DNA of 45,179 bases from Halodesulfurarchaeum sp. (GCA_042216015.1 JBDGUI010000020.1:1-45179); one strand, 5' to 3'. Numbered from the stretch's first letter, positions 7,605 to 18,484 are shown. Numbers and translations: made by a program. The notes: a model not told the origin generated them from the sequence alone.

Positions 7605-8285
7605 TTACTGGTCGGTGAACGCCTCGATCAGGTCCTGGCCGTCGACGTACGGGATGTCGTGTGCCTCTGCGTAGGCGCGGGCGTCCTCGATCGCGAGGGC
7701 CTCACCGGTCTCGTCGTCCAGCATCTCACACACCACCGCCGCCGGCGGCAATCCCGCTTCGTGGGCCAGCGCGACGGCCATCTCGGTGTGGCCCCTCCTG
7801 TCCGAGAGGCCGTACCGCGAGGCCCGGAGGAGGTGGACGTGACCCGGCGCGCGGAACTCGCGGGGGAAGTCGATTGCGTCGGGGTCGGCTGCGGCCTCCC
7901 CCAGTCGGCTGATGGTCAGCGCCCGGTCGTGATCCGTGATCCCCGTGTAGGTCTCCCGGTGGTTGACGGTGAGCGAGAAGGAGGAGCGCTCGTCGTACCC
8001 GAGGTGATCGCTCTCCGCGACCGGATGGTCGATCTCGTCGGCGAGAAAGGGCAACTCGAAGGCGTCGGCGACCTCCGGGCCCAGCGCGACACAGACCAGC
8101 CCGCCCGCGTCGTTTCGCAGCTGCGAGACCGCCGACGGGTCGATTGTCGCGGCCGGGTAGACCATGTCGACCTCGCCCTCGCGGTCGTCGAAGTCGTGGA
8201 TCAGCACCGGCTCCCCGGCCGCAAAGGCCGCGACTGCGCGCTCGACCGACGTTGCCCCCCGGGTGGCTTCACGCTGACTCGACAT
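7605..8285 (-). CDS. ribB: 3,4-dihydroxy-2-butanone-4-phosphate synthase
   Basis: DFDDREGEVD, TGITDHDRALT, FRAPGHV, RRGHTE, VCEML; ATG at 8285 overlaps the end of ribK. Confidence 0.96.
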   Translation of the reverse strand: MSSQREATRGATSVERAVAAFAAGEPVLIHDFDDREGEVDMVYPAATIDPSAVSQLRNDAGGLVCVALGPEVADAFELPFLADEIDHPVAESDHLGYDERSSFSLTVNHRETYTGITDHDRALTISRLGEAAADPDAIDFPREFRAPGHVHLLRASRYGLSDRRGHTEMAVALAHEAGLPPAAVVCEMLDDETGEALAIEDARAYAEAHDIPYVDGQDLIEAFTDQ

Positions 8286-8976
8286 CGACACTCACCTCGT
8301 CACCGTCGAGCAGGCCCAGTTCGTCCCGGATCCGTTCGGGAGCGATGATCTCCAGTTCGTCCGAATCGTGGTGGGTCCGGTCGGGCACGATGACGTGGGC
8401 CCCCTCGAAGGCGTGTCCCGTCTCGGCCTCGACCGTGGCCGGATAGCAGGTCGCCCCGCCGTAGGTGCGCTCCTCGTCCTCCCACTCGTCGATGTGGATC
8501 CCCTCGAGCGAGGCCAGAATCGAGCGTTCGCGCTTGCTCGTGGCCGTGAGGCTGACGTTGAGCGTTCCCGGGTAGGGATCGTAGCCCAGGTTCTCCTCGA
8601 ACTGCACCTTGTAGCCCGGGAGGGTGACGTAGTGACGGCCCTCGCCCATGCCAGTCGTGATTTTGCCCTCCAGTTCGACCGTGCCCTTCGCCTCGAAGAT
8701 GGCGCGGTAATCCTCGTATTCCCCTCTGAGCAACTCGATTCCCCGCTCCGTGAGTTCGACGAACTGTCCGTCGCCGACCGTCTCCCGCGAGATGCAATCG
8801 GCGTCCTCCAGGGCCTGGAGCCGCCTTGAGGCGGTCTGGGTCGAGACGTCGAGGTCCGCCGCGACGTCGGCCCCCGATATTTTCACCTTCCCGCGATGGC
8901 CCCCGTCGAGGGCCAGGAGCTTCAACACGGCGAGTTCGTCAAAGCCGACGGAGAGATTGCCGGCGCTGACTACCAT
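8269..8976 (-). CDS. ribK: CTP-dependent riboflavin kinase with N-terminal HTH (bifunctional RbkR/RibK)
   Basis: wHTH (DLDVSTQTASRRLQALE) fused to a kinase domain (TGMGEGRHYV, YPGTLN, PDRTHH, EIIAP); start placed at ATG 8976. Confidence 0.93.
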   Translation of the reverse strand: MVVSAGNLSVGFDELAVLKLLALDGGHRGKVKISGADVAADLDVSTQTASRRLQALEDADCISRETVGDGQFVELTERGIELLRGEYEDYRAIFEAKGTVELEGKITTGMGEGRHYVTLPGYKVQFEENLGYDPYPGTLNVSLTATSKRERSILASLEGIHIDEWEDEERTYGGATCYPATVEAETGHAFEGAHVIVPDRTHHDSDELEIIAPERIRDELGLLDGDEVSVDVESA

Positions 8977-9008
8977 GCTCCCGGGTTGGTCCGAGGCCCG
9001 GATAAGGA

Positions 9009-9044
9009 TATCGAATTTGGAATGGTTCTCAAATTTGAGATGGT
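9009..9044. promoter_or_regulatory. Candidate tandem RbkR operator upstream of ribK-ribB
   Basis: Perfect 14-bp palindrome TCTCAAATTTGAGA (9027-9040) plus a degenerate copy TATCGAATTTGGAA (9009-9022), both followed by TGGT, 18-bp period. Lies next to a minus-strand TATA-like CTTATC (9001-9006). Confidence 0.6.
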
Positions 9045-9109
9045 GTGACGGGGAAAAGCGATTCACGACTGGCTTCCCGTCCATGATCGGCGGCTACCGG
9101 GAAATCGGG

Positions 9110-10039
9110 CTATTCGCTGGATCCAGCCAGTTCGGGAACCATCGTCTCCCCGTCTTTCGCGAGCATCGCCACGTTCGAGGGTGGGGCCTCGCGGAATTCG
9201 TCGTGGCCCGGGAGGTGGTCCTGAACCGAGCGGGCGAACTCGACCACCTCCTCGTGGTCGGGCATCGCGTCCCGATCGAGTCGGTCGCGGGAGGTGCCGA
9301 CGTGCATGTAGCCCTTGATCTCGATGAAGTCCGGGTCTGCCTGTTCGTAGCGGGCAGCATAGCCCGCCGGATCGGCCATGTTCTCACCCGCGACGAGCGT
9401 CGTCCGGATCGTGGTCCGGCTCTCGTGGGTCCGGAGCGCGTCGAGAGAGTCCATCAGGTCCGCCCAGGCGGTCCCCTCCATCGGGCGGACCACCGCGTCG
9501 TAGGTCTCCCGATCCGGCGCGTCGAGGCTCACATAGAGCTGGGTGGGGCTCGCCTCCCGGAGCACGGCGGGGCGGGTCCCGTTGCTGACCAGGAACGTGG
9601 TGAAATCCCGGTCGTGGTAGGCCTCGATCAGTTCGGGCAGGTGGGGATAGAGCGTCGGTTCGCCGTCGAGGCTGATCGCGACGTGTTGGGGATCGAGTGC
9701 GTCCTCGAGACGGGATTCGGGGACGTCGTCGTTGCCGCCGAAGCCCGCGAGGAGTTCTCGCTGGAGTTCGATCGAGGCGTCGACGACGGCCTCGGGATCC
9801 TGCCAGTCCACGCCCTCGAGTTCATAGCTGTGTCCGGCGTGGTCACGCCAGCAGAAGACACACCGCTCGTTGCACCGGATGACGGGGGTCATCTGGATGC
9901 AGCGATGGGACTGGATGCCATAGAAGCGGTGCTTGTAGCAGGTGCCCTCCCCGTTGAGCGCGTTCTTCGTCCACCCGCAGGTCTGGACGGCCGTGTGACC
10001 GATCGTGTGGTAGTTCGGCCCGACGACCTGCTGGGTCAT
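9110..10039 (-). CDS. tyw1: 4-demethylwyosine synthase TYW1/Taw1 (radical SAM tRNA-modifying enzyme)
   Basis: HTAVQTCGWTK, CYKHRFYGIQSHRCIQMTP, CNERCVFC, ISLDGEPT, EIKGYMHVG; start at ATG 10039. Confidence 0.94.
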   Translation of the reverse strand: MTQQVVGPNYHTIGHTAVQTCGWTKNALNGEGTCYKHRFYGIQSHRCIQMTPVIRCNERCVFCWRDHAGHSYELEGVDWQDPEAVVDASIELQRELLAGFGGNDDVPESRLEDALDPQHVAISLDGEPTLYPHLPELIEAYHDRDFTTFLVSNGTRPAVLREASPTQLYVSLDAPDRETYDAVVRPMEGTAWADLMDSLDALRTHESRTTIRTTLVAGENMADPAGYAARYEQADPDFIEIKGYMHVGTSRDRLDRDAMPDHEEVVEFARSVQDHLPGHDEFREAPPSNVAMLAKDGETMVPELAGSSE

Positions 10040-10139
10040 CGCCCGCGCTTGGCGATGAACGGGCAAAAGAATGGTGCTCCCGGCGAGCGGGCAGCCGGCA
10101 TGCAGAACCCCTATAGGCCGTGGCCGACACCCAACCCGT

Positions 10140-11894
10140 ATGTTGCGCGCCTTTCGCGAGGAGGTCGAGGGTGCTCTCGCCGACGCACTCGACTCCCTCT
10201 CCCTTCCGGGAGACGACCTGGGGATCGAGACTCCGCCGACGGACGTCCCTGCACTCCTGGCCTCGAGTGTCTCCTTTCGCCTGGCCGGGCCCGCCGAGGC
10301 GGCCCCACCAGCGGTCGCCGCCGACATCGAACGCGAGATCGACGTCGACTCCCTCACCTACGTCGGTCGCGTGGTGACAGAGGGTCCCTATGTGAACTTT
10401 CATCCATCGGCGGCCTACTACGCCGACACCCTGGAGGCGGCCCAATCCGAGTCATATGGTCAGTTGCCCGACCGCGGCGAGTCAGTCGTCGTCGAGCACA
10501 CGAGTGCGAACCCGACCGGCCCGGTCCACGTCGGCCGCGCCCGGAACCCCATCCTCGGGGACGCGATCGCGCGGATCGTGGCCGCCGCCGGATACGACGT
10601 CGACACCCACTACTACGTGAACGATGCGGGCCGGCAAATCGCCGTGTTCACCTGGGCCTACGAGACCTTCGACGAGACCGACCTCCCCGATCCCGAGCGG
10701 GACAGCCCCGAGTACGCGATGGTCCGGTACTACCGGAAGGGGAACGAGTTCCTCGAGAACGGCCCGGAAGCGGAGGTCGAAGCCGCCGAAGCGGAGATCC
10801 AGTCGATCATGCAGGGACTGGAGGCCGGCGACGAGGAGGCCTACGAGCGGGTGGGAGAGGTGGTCGACACGGTGCTTTCCGGCATGATCCGCTGTCTCGA
10901 GCGGCTCCCCGCGACGTTCGACCAGTTCGTCAAGGAGACCCGCTTCATGCGCGACGGCAGCACCGACGACGTCGCGACCCGACTCGAGGAGACCGGCCTC
11001 GCCTACGAGGACGAGGGCGCGTGGCATCTCGACCTCGCCGATCGCGGCTTCGAGAAGGATCTCGTCTTCGAGCGCTCGGACGGCACCAGCCTCTACACGA
11101 CCCGCGATCTGGCCCATCACGAATGGAAGTTCGCACACTACGACCGGGCGGTGACCGTGCTCGGCGAGGACCACAAGCTTCAGGCACGACAGCTCCAGGC
11201 GGCTCTCGAGATCCTGGGGAACGACACCGACCAGCTCGAGGACGTGATCTACTCCTACGTGAACCTTCCAACCGGAAAGATGAGCACCCGGGCTGGCACG
11301 GGTGTGGACCTCGATGACCTCCTCGACGAGGCGGTCGACCGGGCCCGCGAGGCCGTCGAGTCCCGCATGGGCGACCGCATTCGGGACGACGACCTCACGG
11401 AGGTCGACGTCGAACGAATCGCCGAGCAGGTCGGAATCGGCGCGGTCAGATACGACATCGTCTCGAAACAGCCCAGCAAGCCGATCACGTTCAAGTGGGA
11501 GGACGCACTCGACTTCGAGGGGCAGAGCGCGCCCTACGTCCAGTACGCCCACGCCCGCACCTGCGGGATCGTCGACGAAGCCGAGGGACGGGTCGAGCCG
11601 GCCCTCGAGCCCGACCGTCTCGTTTCCGAGCCCGAAAGCGCGCTCATCGAGGTGATCGCCGCGTATCCGGCCCGGATCGAAGAGAGCGCCGCCGACCTCG
11701 AACCCCACGCGATCGCGACCTACGCCCGCGATCTGGCCGACGCGGTCAACGTGTTCTACCGGGAGTGTCCGGTGCTCAGTTCGGACGTGGATCCGGCGCT
11801 TTCGGCGGCCAGACTGGCCCTGGTCGTGGCGGCCCGCAACACGCTCGCGAGCGCGCTGTCGGTGCTCGGGATCGCCGCTCCAGAGTCGATGTAG
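10140..11894 (+). CDS. argS: Arginine--tRNA ligase
   Basis: [18 protein letters not shown] (HIGH-like), [17 protein letters not shown]-terminal APESM; start at ATG 10140. Confidence 0.97.
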   Translation: MLRAFREEVEGALADALDSLSLPGDDLGIETPPTDVPALLASSVSFRLAGPAEAAPPAVAADIEREIDVDSLTYVGRVVTEGPYVNFHPSAAYYADTLEAAQSESYGQLPDRGESVVVEHTSANPTGPVHVGRARNPILGDAIARIVAAAGYDVDTHYYVNDAGRQIAVFTWAYETFDETDLPDPERDSPEYAMVRYYRKGNEFLENGPEAEVEAAEAEIQSIMQGLEAGDEEAYERVGEVVDTVLSGMIRCLERLPATFDQFVKETRFMRDGSTDDVATRLEETGLAYEDEGAWHLDLADRGFEKDLVFERSDGTSLYTTRDLAHHEWKFAHYDRAVTVLGEDHKLQARQLQAALEILGNDTDQLEDVIYSYVNLPTGKMSTRAGTGVDLDDLLDEAVDRAREAVESRMGDRIRDDDLTEVDVERIAEQVGIGAVRYDIVSKQPSKPITFKWEDALDFEGQSAPYVQYAHARTCGIVDEAEGRVEPALEPDRLVSEPESALIEVIAAYPARIEESAADLEPHAIATYARDLADAVNVFYRECPVLSSDVDPALSAARLALVVAARNTLASALSVLGIAAPESM

Positions 11895-11915
11895 CGCCGA
11901 GACGATCCGATCGGT

Positions 11916-13130
11916 TCAGCCAAAGAGGCCGCCGAAGAGCCGCCCGAGGAACGATCCACGATCGGAGGAGTCCCGGGACTCCCCGTCCGTCGATTCCGCC
12001 GGTCCCGGAATGACGTCGACGTCATCTTCGTCCGCTGCCGGCGGCGCTTCGCTCCCTGTCTCGGGGAGTGGGCTCGCTTCGCTGTCGCCCTCGCTCTCGG
12101 CAGTTCCCACCGGTTCGCCAGAAGGGTCCTCGCTCGCTCCGGTCTCCCCGGTACCCTTTTGCCCCCCCGCTGCTTCGCCCTCCATCGTTTCGAGCCGGGC
12201 TGCGATGCCCGTCTCGGGGGTGTCCCCCACTTCTGCGTTGCCGGTCGCGCCGCCTGTTGCTGCTTCGCCCGATTCCGTGGCCGAACCCCCGGCCGGGGAC
12301 GGAGCTGCCGTGTCCGCTGGGCCCATTCCCCGGGAGTCGGGCTGGGGCGAATCGCCGGCCGGATCGGTACCGCTTGCCCCGACGGAATCCTCGCTCTCCC
12401 CGGCCCAGTCCCGGGGCAGAGGCTCACCCAGCAGGCCGTAGGCGATCTCCCGGTAGGACTGGGCGGCGGGGCGCTCCCGGTCGATGGCCACGAGCGGGGT
12501 GCCCTCGTCCATGCTCGTCTGGATCGCCGCGTCCTCGGGAACCGCCCCCAGCACGGGACGGTCGATGCGATCGGAGACCACCTCGGGAGTCGCCCGGCCT
12601 GCGCCGCCGATGCGCGTGACGATCAGACCCTCGATGGAGCCCCCAATCCGCTCGACCAGGTCAATGGTCTTCTCGGCGTTGGTGACCGCGGCGTCTGCGG
12701 GCGTCGTGACGATGAGGACCCCGTCCGCGATTCCGAGCGGGACGGTCACGTCGTGGCTCAATCCACCACCGCCGTCGAGCACGACGACGTCGTATCGCTG
12801 CCCGAGATCCTCGATGACCTCCCGGAGGTTCGCCGGGTCGGCCCGACCGTAGTCCTCGATGGCCTGGCTTCCGAAGACGACGTCGAAGTCGCCCGGGGCC
12901 GCTCTGATAGCCTCCTCGATCGATTCGTCGCCGGCGAGCACGTCGTGCAAGGTCACCGCCACGGGATCGACGTCGAGGAAATCCTCGAGGTTGGCCATGC
13001 CCAGATCGGCGTCGACCACCACGACCGAGCGACCCGCCTCGACGAACGCGGCGCCGAGGTTGACTGCGGTCGTGGTCTTGCCGACCCCACCCTTTCCGCT
13101 CGCCACGGCGTACACGTTCCCTTCGGTCAT
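11916..13130 (-). CDS. minD: MinD-family ATPase with acidic disordered tail and C-terminal amphipathic helix
   Basis: Deviant Walker A SGKGGVGKTT, VVDADLGMANL, VPED; ends GSFLGRLFGGLFG (membrane-targeting-like); start at ATG 13130. Confidence 0.88.
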   Translation of the reverse strand: MTEGNVYAVASGKGGVGKTTTAVNLGAAFVEAGRSVVVVDADLGMANLEDFLDVDPVAVTLHDVLAGDESIEEAIRAAPGDFDVVFGSQAIEDYGRADPANLREVIEDLGQRYDVVVLDGGGGLSHDVTVPLGIADGVLIVTTPADAAVTNAEKTIDLVERIGGSIEGLIVTRIGGAGRATPEVVSDRIDRPVLGAVPEDAAIQTSMDEGTPLVAIDRERPAAQSYREIAYGLLGEPLPRDWAGESEDSVGASGTDPAGDSPQPDSRGMGPADTAAPSPAGGSATESGEAATGGATGNAEVGDTPETGIAARLETMEGEAAGGQKGTGETGASEDPSGEPVGTAESEGDSEASPLPETGSEAPPAADEDDVDVIPGPAESTDGESRDSSDRGSFLGRLFGGLFG

Positions 13131-13176
13131 TGGTGGGGATTCCGCGTTTCCGACCTTAAAGGGTTGGGCCACGGTC

Positions 13177-14346
13177 TCAGGAGTCCCCGGTCATGGCCCC
13201 GATCACCCGGTCGCCGAATTCCTCGATGGAGACCCCCTCCGAGGGACCGAGCCCGTTCATGTGATCGATCGAGAGCTGGCCGCCGCCCATCCGCGCGTGG
13301 CCCCCGGCTTCGGACATGGGAATGCCCTCGACGACGCGATCGAGCACCTCGCCCATGTGCACCCGATCGTCCCTGGAGCGACCCGAGAGGTGGAGGGTCC
13401 CGTCCTTTTTTCCCATGACCACGACGGCGGTCACCCCCTCGAGATGCAGGAGCTCCTCGGCCGCCTGTGGAATGGCGTCCACGTTCGAGACCGGCCCCAC
13501 GTAACTCACCACGAAGGGACCCTCCTTCCGCCGTTCCTCGATCGCACGGGCCTTGACGTCGAGCACTTCGGCGTCGACCTCGGGATTGGCGATGCGGTCG
13601 AGGAGGTCCTCGTCGATGCCGGGATACAGAAATGAACTGGCCTCGAACTCCGCGGTTGAGCAGCCCCGAGAGAGGTGGTTCGTGTCCGCGAGGATTCCGT
13701 AGAGAAGCCCCGTCGCGACGGGGACCGGAAGGATGCGTTCCCGATCGGTCGACCCGGTGTCGGGCTCGTACCCCAGTTCCTCGAGGTACTCCGCGACGAT
13801 CGTGGCACACGCTCCGTACGTCGGGCGGACGTCGGTGAATGCCCGTCCCGTCCCGTCGCCCGGGTGATGGTCCACCACGGCGAGCGGGTCGACGTCGCCC
13901 GCTCCGGTGAACCCGCGTGCCTCGTTGTGATCGACGAGCACGACGTCGCCAGCGAGGTCCGAGTCGGCCTCGATCGCCGCCACGTCGAGGGCCAGGACGG
14001 TGCGGAAGGCCCGGTTCTCCTGGTGGCGGATCTCCCCCGGATAGCGGATCGCGGTCTCGACCCCCACTTCCTCCGCGAGGTGGGCGATTCCCATGGCCGA
14101 GGCCATCGCGTCGGGATCGGGGTTCGGATGCAGGAGCAGCGTGATCGACTCGCGGCCGGCCAGGGCCCGTTTCAGGCGGGCACCTGCGGGACGGCGATAG
14201 TGCCGGACTGCCAGCCACAGGACCCCAAAAGCGAGAAGCACGACCAGGGCAATCGCCCCAGCGACGAGCGGGTTCTCGGCGACGGACCGGCGCAGGACCT
14301 CGAGGAGTTGTCCACCCGTCCCCGAGACCACTGATGACCACGGCAT
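13177..14346 (-). CDS. Membrane-anchored DHH-family phosphoesterase
   Basis: N-terminal TM helix; HPNPDPDA, VLVDHN, VVDHH, GILADT, GGHARMGGG (DHHA1). Confidence 0.9.
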   Translation of the reverse strand: MPWSSVVSGTGGQLLEVLRRSVAENPLVAGAIALVVLLAFGVLWLAVRHYRRPAGARLKRALAGRESITLLLHPNPDPDAMASAMGIAHLAEEVGVETAIRYPGEIRHQENRAFRTVLALDVAAIEADSDLAGDVVLVDHNEARGFTGAGDVDPLAVVDHHPGDGTGRAFTDVRPTYGACATIVAEYLEELGYEPDTGSTDRERILPVPVATGLLYGILADTNHLSRGCSTAEFEASSFLYPGIDEDLLDRIANPEVDAEVLDVKARAIEERRKEGPFVVSYVGPVSNVDAIPQAAEELLHLEGVTAVVVMGKKDGTLHLSGRSRDDRVHMGEVLDRVVEGIPMSEAGGHARMGGGQLSIDHMNGLGPSEGVSIEEFGDRVIGAMTGDS

Positions 14347-14480
14347 ACGCCCAAGGCTTACTCGGTCATCCGTTAAGAACTTTCAGGGCACGGCGGGCGG
14401 CACGGACGAATGAATCGGGCCCTGCCCGGGCATTCCGGCAGTTTAACTGTCTTCGTGGAAAATTGCCCATAACTAACCAC

Positions 14481-15740
14481 ATGAGTTCGGATTCGCAGGG
14501 CGAGTCGACGGAGCACTCCGACCGCCGAAAGTACGAGTTCCGAAAGGTCATCGAGGATCTGAAAGAGTACACCGGCAGCGGAACGCAACTCGTCAGTATC
14601 TACGTTCCCCCGGACATGCTGATCTCGGACGTGGTCGCCCACGTCACCCAGGAGTACAGCGAGGCCTCGAACATCAAGTCCAAACAGACCCGGACGAACG
14701 TCCAGGACGCACTCTCCTCCATCAAGGCCCGCCTGAAGTACTACGACACGAAGCCGCCGGCCCGCGGGATGGTGCTCTTCTCGGGAGCCGTGGACGAGGG
14801 GGGTGGCCAGACGAAGATGGTCACCGAAACCCTCGAGAACCCGCCGGACCCGATCGAGTCCTTCCGGTATCACTGCGACTCGGAGTTTTTGACCGAGCCC
14901 CTACAGCACATGCTCGCGGACAAGGGGCTCTACGGGCTCATCGTCCTCGACCGCCGGGAGGCCAACGTCGGGTGGCTCAAGGGCAAGCGGGTCGAGCCGG
15001 TCAAGTCGGCCTCCTCGCTCGTCCCGGGCAAGCAGCGCAAAGGGGGCCAGTCCGCCCAGCGATTCGCCCGGCTCCGCCTCGAGGCCATCGACAACTTCTA
15101 CCAGGAGATCGCGGAGATGGCAGACGAACTCTTCGTCCCGGAGCGCCACGAACTCGACGGCATCCTGGTCGGCGGCCCCTCCCCGACCAAGGACGAGTTC
15201 CTCGACGGCGATTACCTCCACCACGAGCTCCAGGAGAAGGTCCTCGGAAAGTTCGACGTGGCCTACACCGACGAGTCGGGACTTTATGACCTGGTCGACA
15301 AGGGCCAGGAGGCACTCGCGGACGCCGAACTCACCGCGGACAAGCAGGACATGGAGGAGTTCTTCAAGGAACTCCACGACGGGGACCTGGCGACCTACGG
15401 GTTCGGGCCGACCCGCGAGAACCTCATCATGGGTTCGGTCGAGACGCTCCTCCTCTCCGAGGATCTGCGAAAGGACGTCGTGACCTACGAGTGCCCCGAG
15501 GAGCACACCGATCGCGAACTGGTCGACCCGCGTCACGAGACGCCCGAGCACACCTGTGAGGAGTGTGGGAAAGAGCCCGAGTCGGTCGAGCGCGAGGACG
15601 CCATCGAGCACCTGATGTCCATCGCCGAACAGCGGGGGACCGAGACCCACTTCATCTCGACGGACTTCGAGAAGGGCGAACAGCTCCTGACCGCTTTCGG
15701 CGGGATCGCCGGCATTCTGCGCTACCGAACCGGGGTGTAG
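14481..15740 (+). CDS. prf1: Peptide chain release factor aRF1
   Basis: ASNIKS, YHCDSEF, GGQSAQRF, AFGGIAGILRY; start at ATG 14481. Confidence 0.97.
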   Translation: MSSDSQGESTEHSDRRKYEFRKVIEDLKEYTGSGTQLVSIYVPPDMLISDVVAHVTQEYSEASNIKSKQTRTNVQDALSSIKARLKYYDTKPPARGMVLFSGAVDEGGGQTKMVTETLENPPDPIESFRYHCDSEFLTEPLQHMLADKGLYGLIVLDRREANVGWLKGKRVEPVKSASSLVPGKQRKGGQSAQRFARLRLEAIDNFYQEIAEMADELFVPERHELDGILVGGPSPTKDEFLDGDYLHHELQEKVLGKFDVAYTDESGLYDLVDKGQEALADAELTADKQDMEEFFKELHDGDLATYGFGPTRENLIMGSVETLLLSEDLRKDVVTYECPEEHTDRELVDPRHETPEHTCEECGKEPESVEREDAIEHLMSIAEQRGTETHFISTDFEKGEQLLTAFGGIAGILRYRTGV

Positions 15741-16315
15741 GGAGGTGGACCGTCTCACCAGCAGTCAAACGGTGTGTAGTCCGACACACCGGCGACGCCG
15801 AGGTGGCTAGGCTTGCCCGGTCTTCCGCTGCTGCCAGCCGGTCGATCGAAGGCCTCGAATTGGGCCGTAAAATCCTCATCCGGGCGAAATTGGGGCGGGA
15901 AAGTTTCCGATTCGTGTCCGCTCAAACGTGGAAAGAAGCGGCCCACTCCTCGCGCTCCGAATGCGATGTCGGGCTGTCGTCAACTATTTGCGTCTCAGTG
16001 GCCTAGGGGTAGTATATTTGACATGGTTTCAGGGGACCCCATCACCCATCGGTGTCGGGGACGGGATCCCGACCCGGTGAGCCAGCCCATCGAACGCGAA
16101 CCCGAGTGCACCATGAAGGACCCGCCGATGGTCGTCGCCGACGGACGAATTTCGAATCGGGAGTCCAGACTGTCCGGGACGGACCCGGACGAAACAGGCG
16201 GGAGGATTTGCGCGACTGAGGGCACCTCAGGACCGGTTCGGCCACCGGGTCCGAGCGGAGGCCGGGCCGTCATCCAGGGGAGTCGAGTCGAGGACCGCGC
16301 GATCGAGGGGGCAGG

Positions 16316-18484
16316 ATGACCCCCGGGCCCACCACTTCCCCGGGCCCGATTCAGGTCCTCTACGTCGACGACGACAGGAGCGTCGGGGCCGTCGTCAGCG
16401 AGTATCTCGAACGGGTGGACGACGGACTCAGGGTCGAGACGACCGACGGCGTCAGCACAGGCCTCGAGAAACTCTCGCGGAACGGAATAGACTGTGTCGT
16501 CTCCGATTACGCCATGCCGGAACAGACCGGCGTCGAGTTCCTCGAGACGGTCCGGGAGCGGCGTCCGGACCTCCCCTTCATCCTGTTCACGGCGAAGGGG
16601 TCCGAGGCCGTCGCCAGCGAGGCGATCACGGCCGGCGTGACCGACTACCTCCAGAAGGGCACCAGTTCAGAGCAGTACGCGGTGCTGGCGAACCGGATTC
16701 GCAACGCCGTCGAACAGGCAAGGGCGATCCGCGAGCGGGAGGCGATGCGAGAGCGGATGGAACTTGCCCTCGAGAAAACCGATTCGCTCGTCTTCGAGAT
16801 CGACCTGGACACCGATCGGGTAGAACGACACGGCGCAGTCGACGAGTTCTTCGCCGTCGACCCCGATTCGATCCCGACCAAGCGGACCTTCGCCGAGCGG
16901 ATCGTCCACCCCGAGGATCGCGAGCGGTTTCTGGGGGTATTCGAGTCTCTCCGGGAGGGACAGTCGAGTTCCCACGTCTTCGAATACCGGACCAATCCCG
17001 ACCTGGGACCGGTTCGCTGGCTCCGGGCCCACGTCTCACTCGACGCGCCCGAGCGAGTCATCGGGTTCGTGCAGGACGTCTCCAAACAGAAGGCCCGTGA
17101 GCGATCGCTGCTCCAGTACAAACAGTCGGTCGAGAGTTCGAAGGACCTGCTGGCCGCCGTCAATGAAGACCTGCGGTATCTCTTCGCCAACGGGGAGTAT
17201 CGGACCTACCACGGGCTTCAGGACGTGGCAATCACGAAGCGTTCGCTACCGGACGTGCTCACCAGATCGCAGTTTCAGGCCGTCGAGCCGAAGGTGCAAC
17301 AGGCACTCACTGGTCAGCCGGTCCAGACCGAACTCGTCCGCCACCATCCGGAGAAAGGAACGCGAATTCTCGATACGAGACTCTTCCCGATCGAGGGCGA
17401 GGACGGCGGGGTTCACGGCGTCGGGGCCTCAATGCGGGACGTGACCGAAGAGCGGGAACTACAGCGGGACCTCGAGGAGTCAAAGGAACGCTATGAATCA
17501 CTCTTCAGGAGTATCCAGGACGCCATCCTCGTCGCCGATACGGATCGAACCGTTATCAACTGCAATCCGGCGTTCACGGACCTCTTCGGGTACGAACTGA
17601 GGGATATTCGGGGAAAACCCACGAAGTACCTCTACGAGAGCGAGTCGGAGTTCGAGGCGATGGGCGAGAAGATCGAGGCCCACCTGGACGATCCGACGTT
17701 CACCTACACGATACACTACGAAACGAAGTCGGGTACCACCTTCCCGGGGGAGACGAGCGTGTTCTACCTGCGGGACGCCGACAACGAGATCGCGGGTTTC
17801 ATCGGCGTGATCCGGGACGTCTCCGAAAAACGTGATCGGCTCAAGCAACTCCAGGTCCTCGACCGGGTCCTCCAGCACAACTTTCACAACGACCTGACCG
17901 TCATGGACGGATTCGCCGAGAATATCGAGCGCGAGGGGAGTCCACCGCTATCGAACTATGCAGAGCGGATCCGGGAGACGGGAACGCGACTGCTCGAGAC
18001 TGTCGACAAGGAGCGTGAGATTACGAAGTTCCTGTCCGATCCGCCCCCCGTGGGCCAACTCGAGTTCCCCCGGCTCTGTGAACAGGTCGTGGATCGGGTG
18101 GCCAGGGTGTATCCCGAGGCGGAGATCGCGACCGCGTTCGATGGAACCGCCAGGATCGAGGCGAGCGTGGCGATCGAGCGGGCGATCGAGGAACTGCTCA
18201 CGAACTGCATCGTTCATGCAGACTGGCGGTCGCCCCGGGCGACACTCTCCTGCTCGGTGAGGGACACGGCCGTGATTCTCGAGGTTCGAGACGAGAACGA
18301 GCCGATCCCCGAGATGGAACAGAAGGTTCTGACCGGCGAGGAGGAACTCCGGCCGCTTTACCACGGAAGCGGGATGGGCCTGTGGTTGGTCACGCTCATC
18401 GTGAACCACTCCGCGGCGACGCTCTCCTTCGAGCAGAACGAGCCGCGCGGAAACGTCGTGACGATCAGACTGCCACGCGAGTGA
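16316..18484 (+). CDS. REC-PAS-PAS-PAS sensor histidine kinase (haloarchaeal type)
   Basis: Receiver domain (YVDDD, VVSDYAMP, FTAKG, DYLQK), three PAS/PAC domains, H-box LQHNFHNDL, N-box ELLTNCIVH, G-box HGSGMGLWL. Confidence 0.9.
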   Translation: MTPGPTTSPGPIQVLYVDDDRSVGAVVSEYLERVDDGLRVETTDGVSTGLEKLSRNGIDCVVSDYAMPEQTGVEFLETVRERRPDLPFILFTAKGSEAVASEAITAGVTDYLQKGTSSEQYAVLANRIRNAVEQARAIREREAMRERMELALEKTDSLVFEIDLDTDRVERHGAVDEFFAVDPDSIPTKRTFAERIVHPEDRERFLGVFESLREGQSSSHVFEYRTNPDLGPVRWLRAHVSLDAPERVIGFVQDVSKQKARERSLLQYKQSVESSKDLLAAVNEDLRYLFANGEYRTYHGLQDVAITKRSLPDVLTRSQFQAVEPKVQQALTGQPVQTELVRHHPEKGTRILDTRLFPIEGEDGGVHGVGASMRDVTEERELQRDLEESKERYESLFRSIQDAILVADTDRTVINCNPAFTDLFGYELRDIRGKPTKYLYESESEFEAMGEKIEAHLDDPTFTYTIHYETKSGTTFPGETSVFYLRDADNEIAGFIGVIRDVSEKRDRLKQLQVLDRVLQHNFHNDLTVMDGFAENIEREGSPPLSNYAERIRETGTRLLETVDKEREITKFLSDPPPVGQLEFPRLCEQVVDRVARVYPEAEIATAFDGTARIEASVAIERAIEELLTNCIVHADWRSPRATLSCSVRDTAVILEVRDENEPIPEMEQKVLTGEEELRPLYHGSGMGLWLVTLIVNHSAATLSFEQNEPRGNVVTIRLPRE

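Noticed and set aside
8977..9109. FMN riboswitch upstream of the rib genes
   Set aside because: No RFN consensus; the spacer is short and better explained by a protein operator and a leaderless promoter.
8750..11317. 855-aa plus-strand ORF
   Set aside because: Shadow frame antisense to ribK/tyw1 and out of frame over argS; Arg/Pro/Gly-rich with no motifs, typical of high-GC DNA.
11916..12410. Low-complexity acidic tail of MinD (and similar tracts in RPA, AtpI, KaiC-like)
   Set aside because: Acidic disordered linkers are common in haloarchaeal proteins; no DNA-level periodicity seen.
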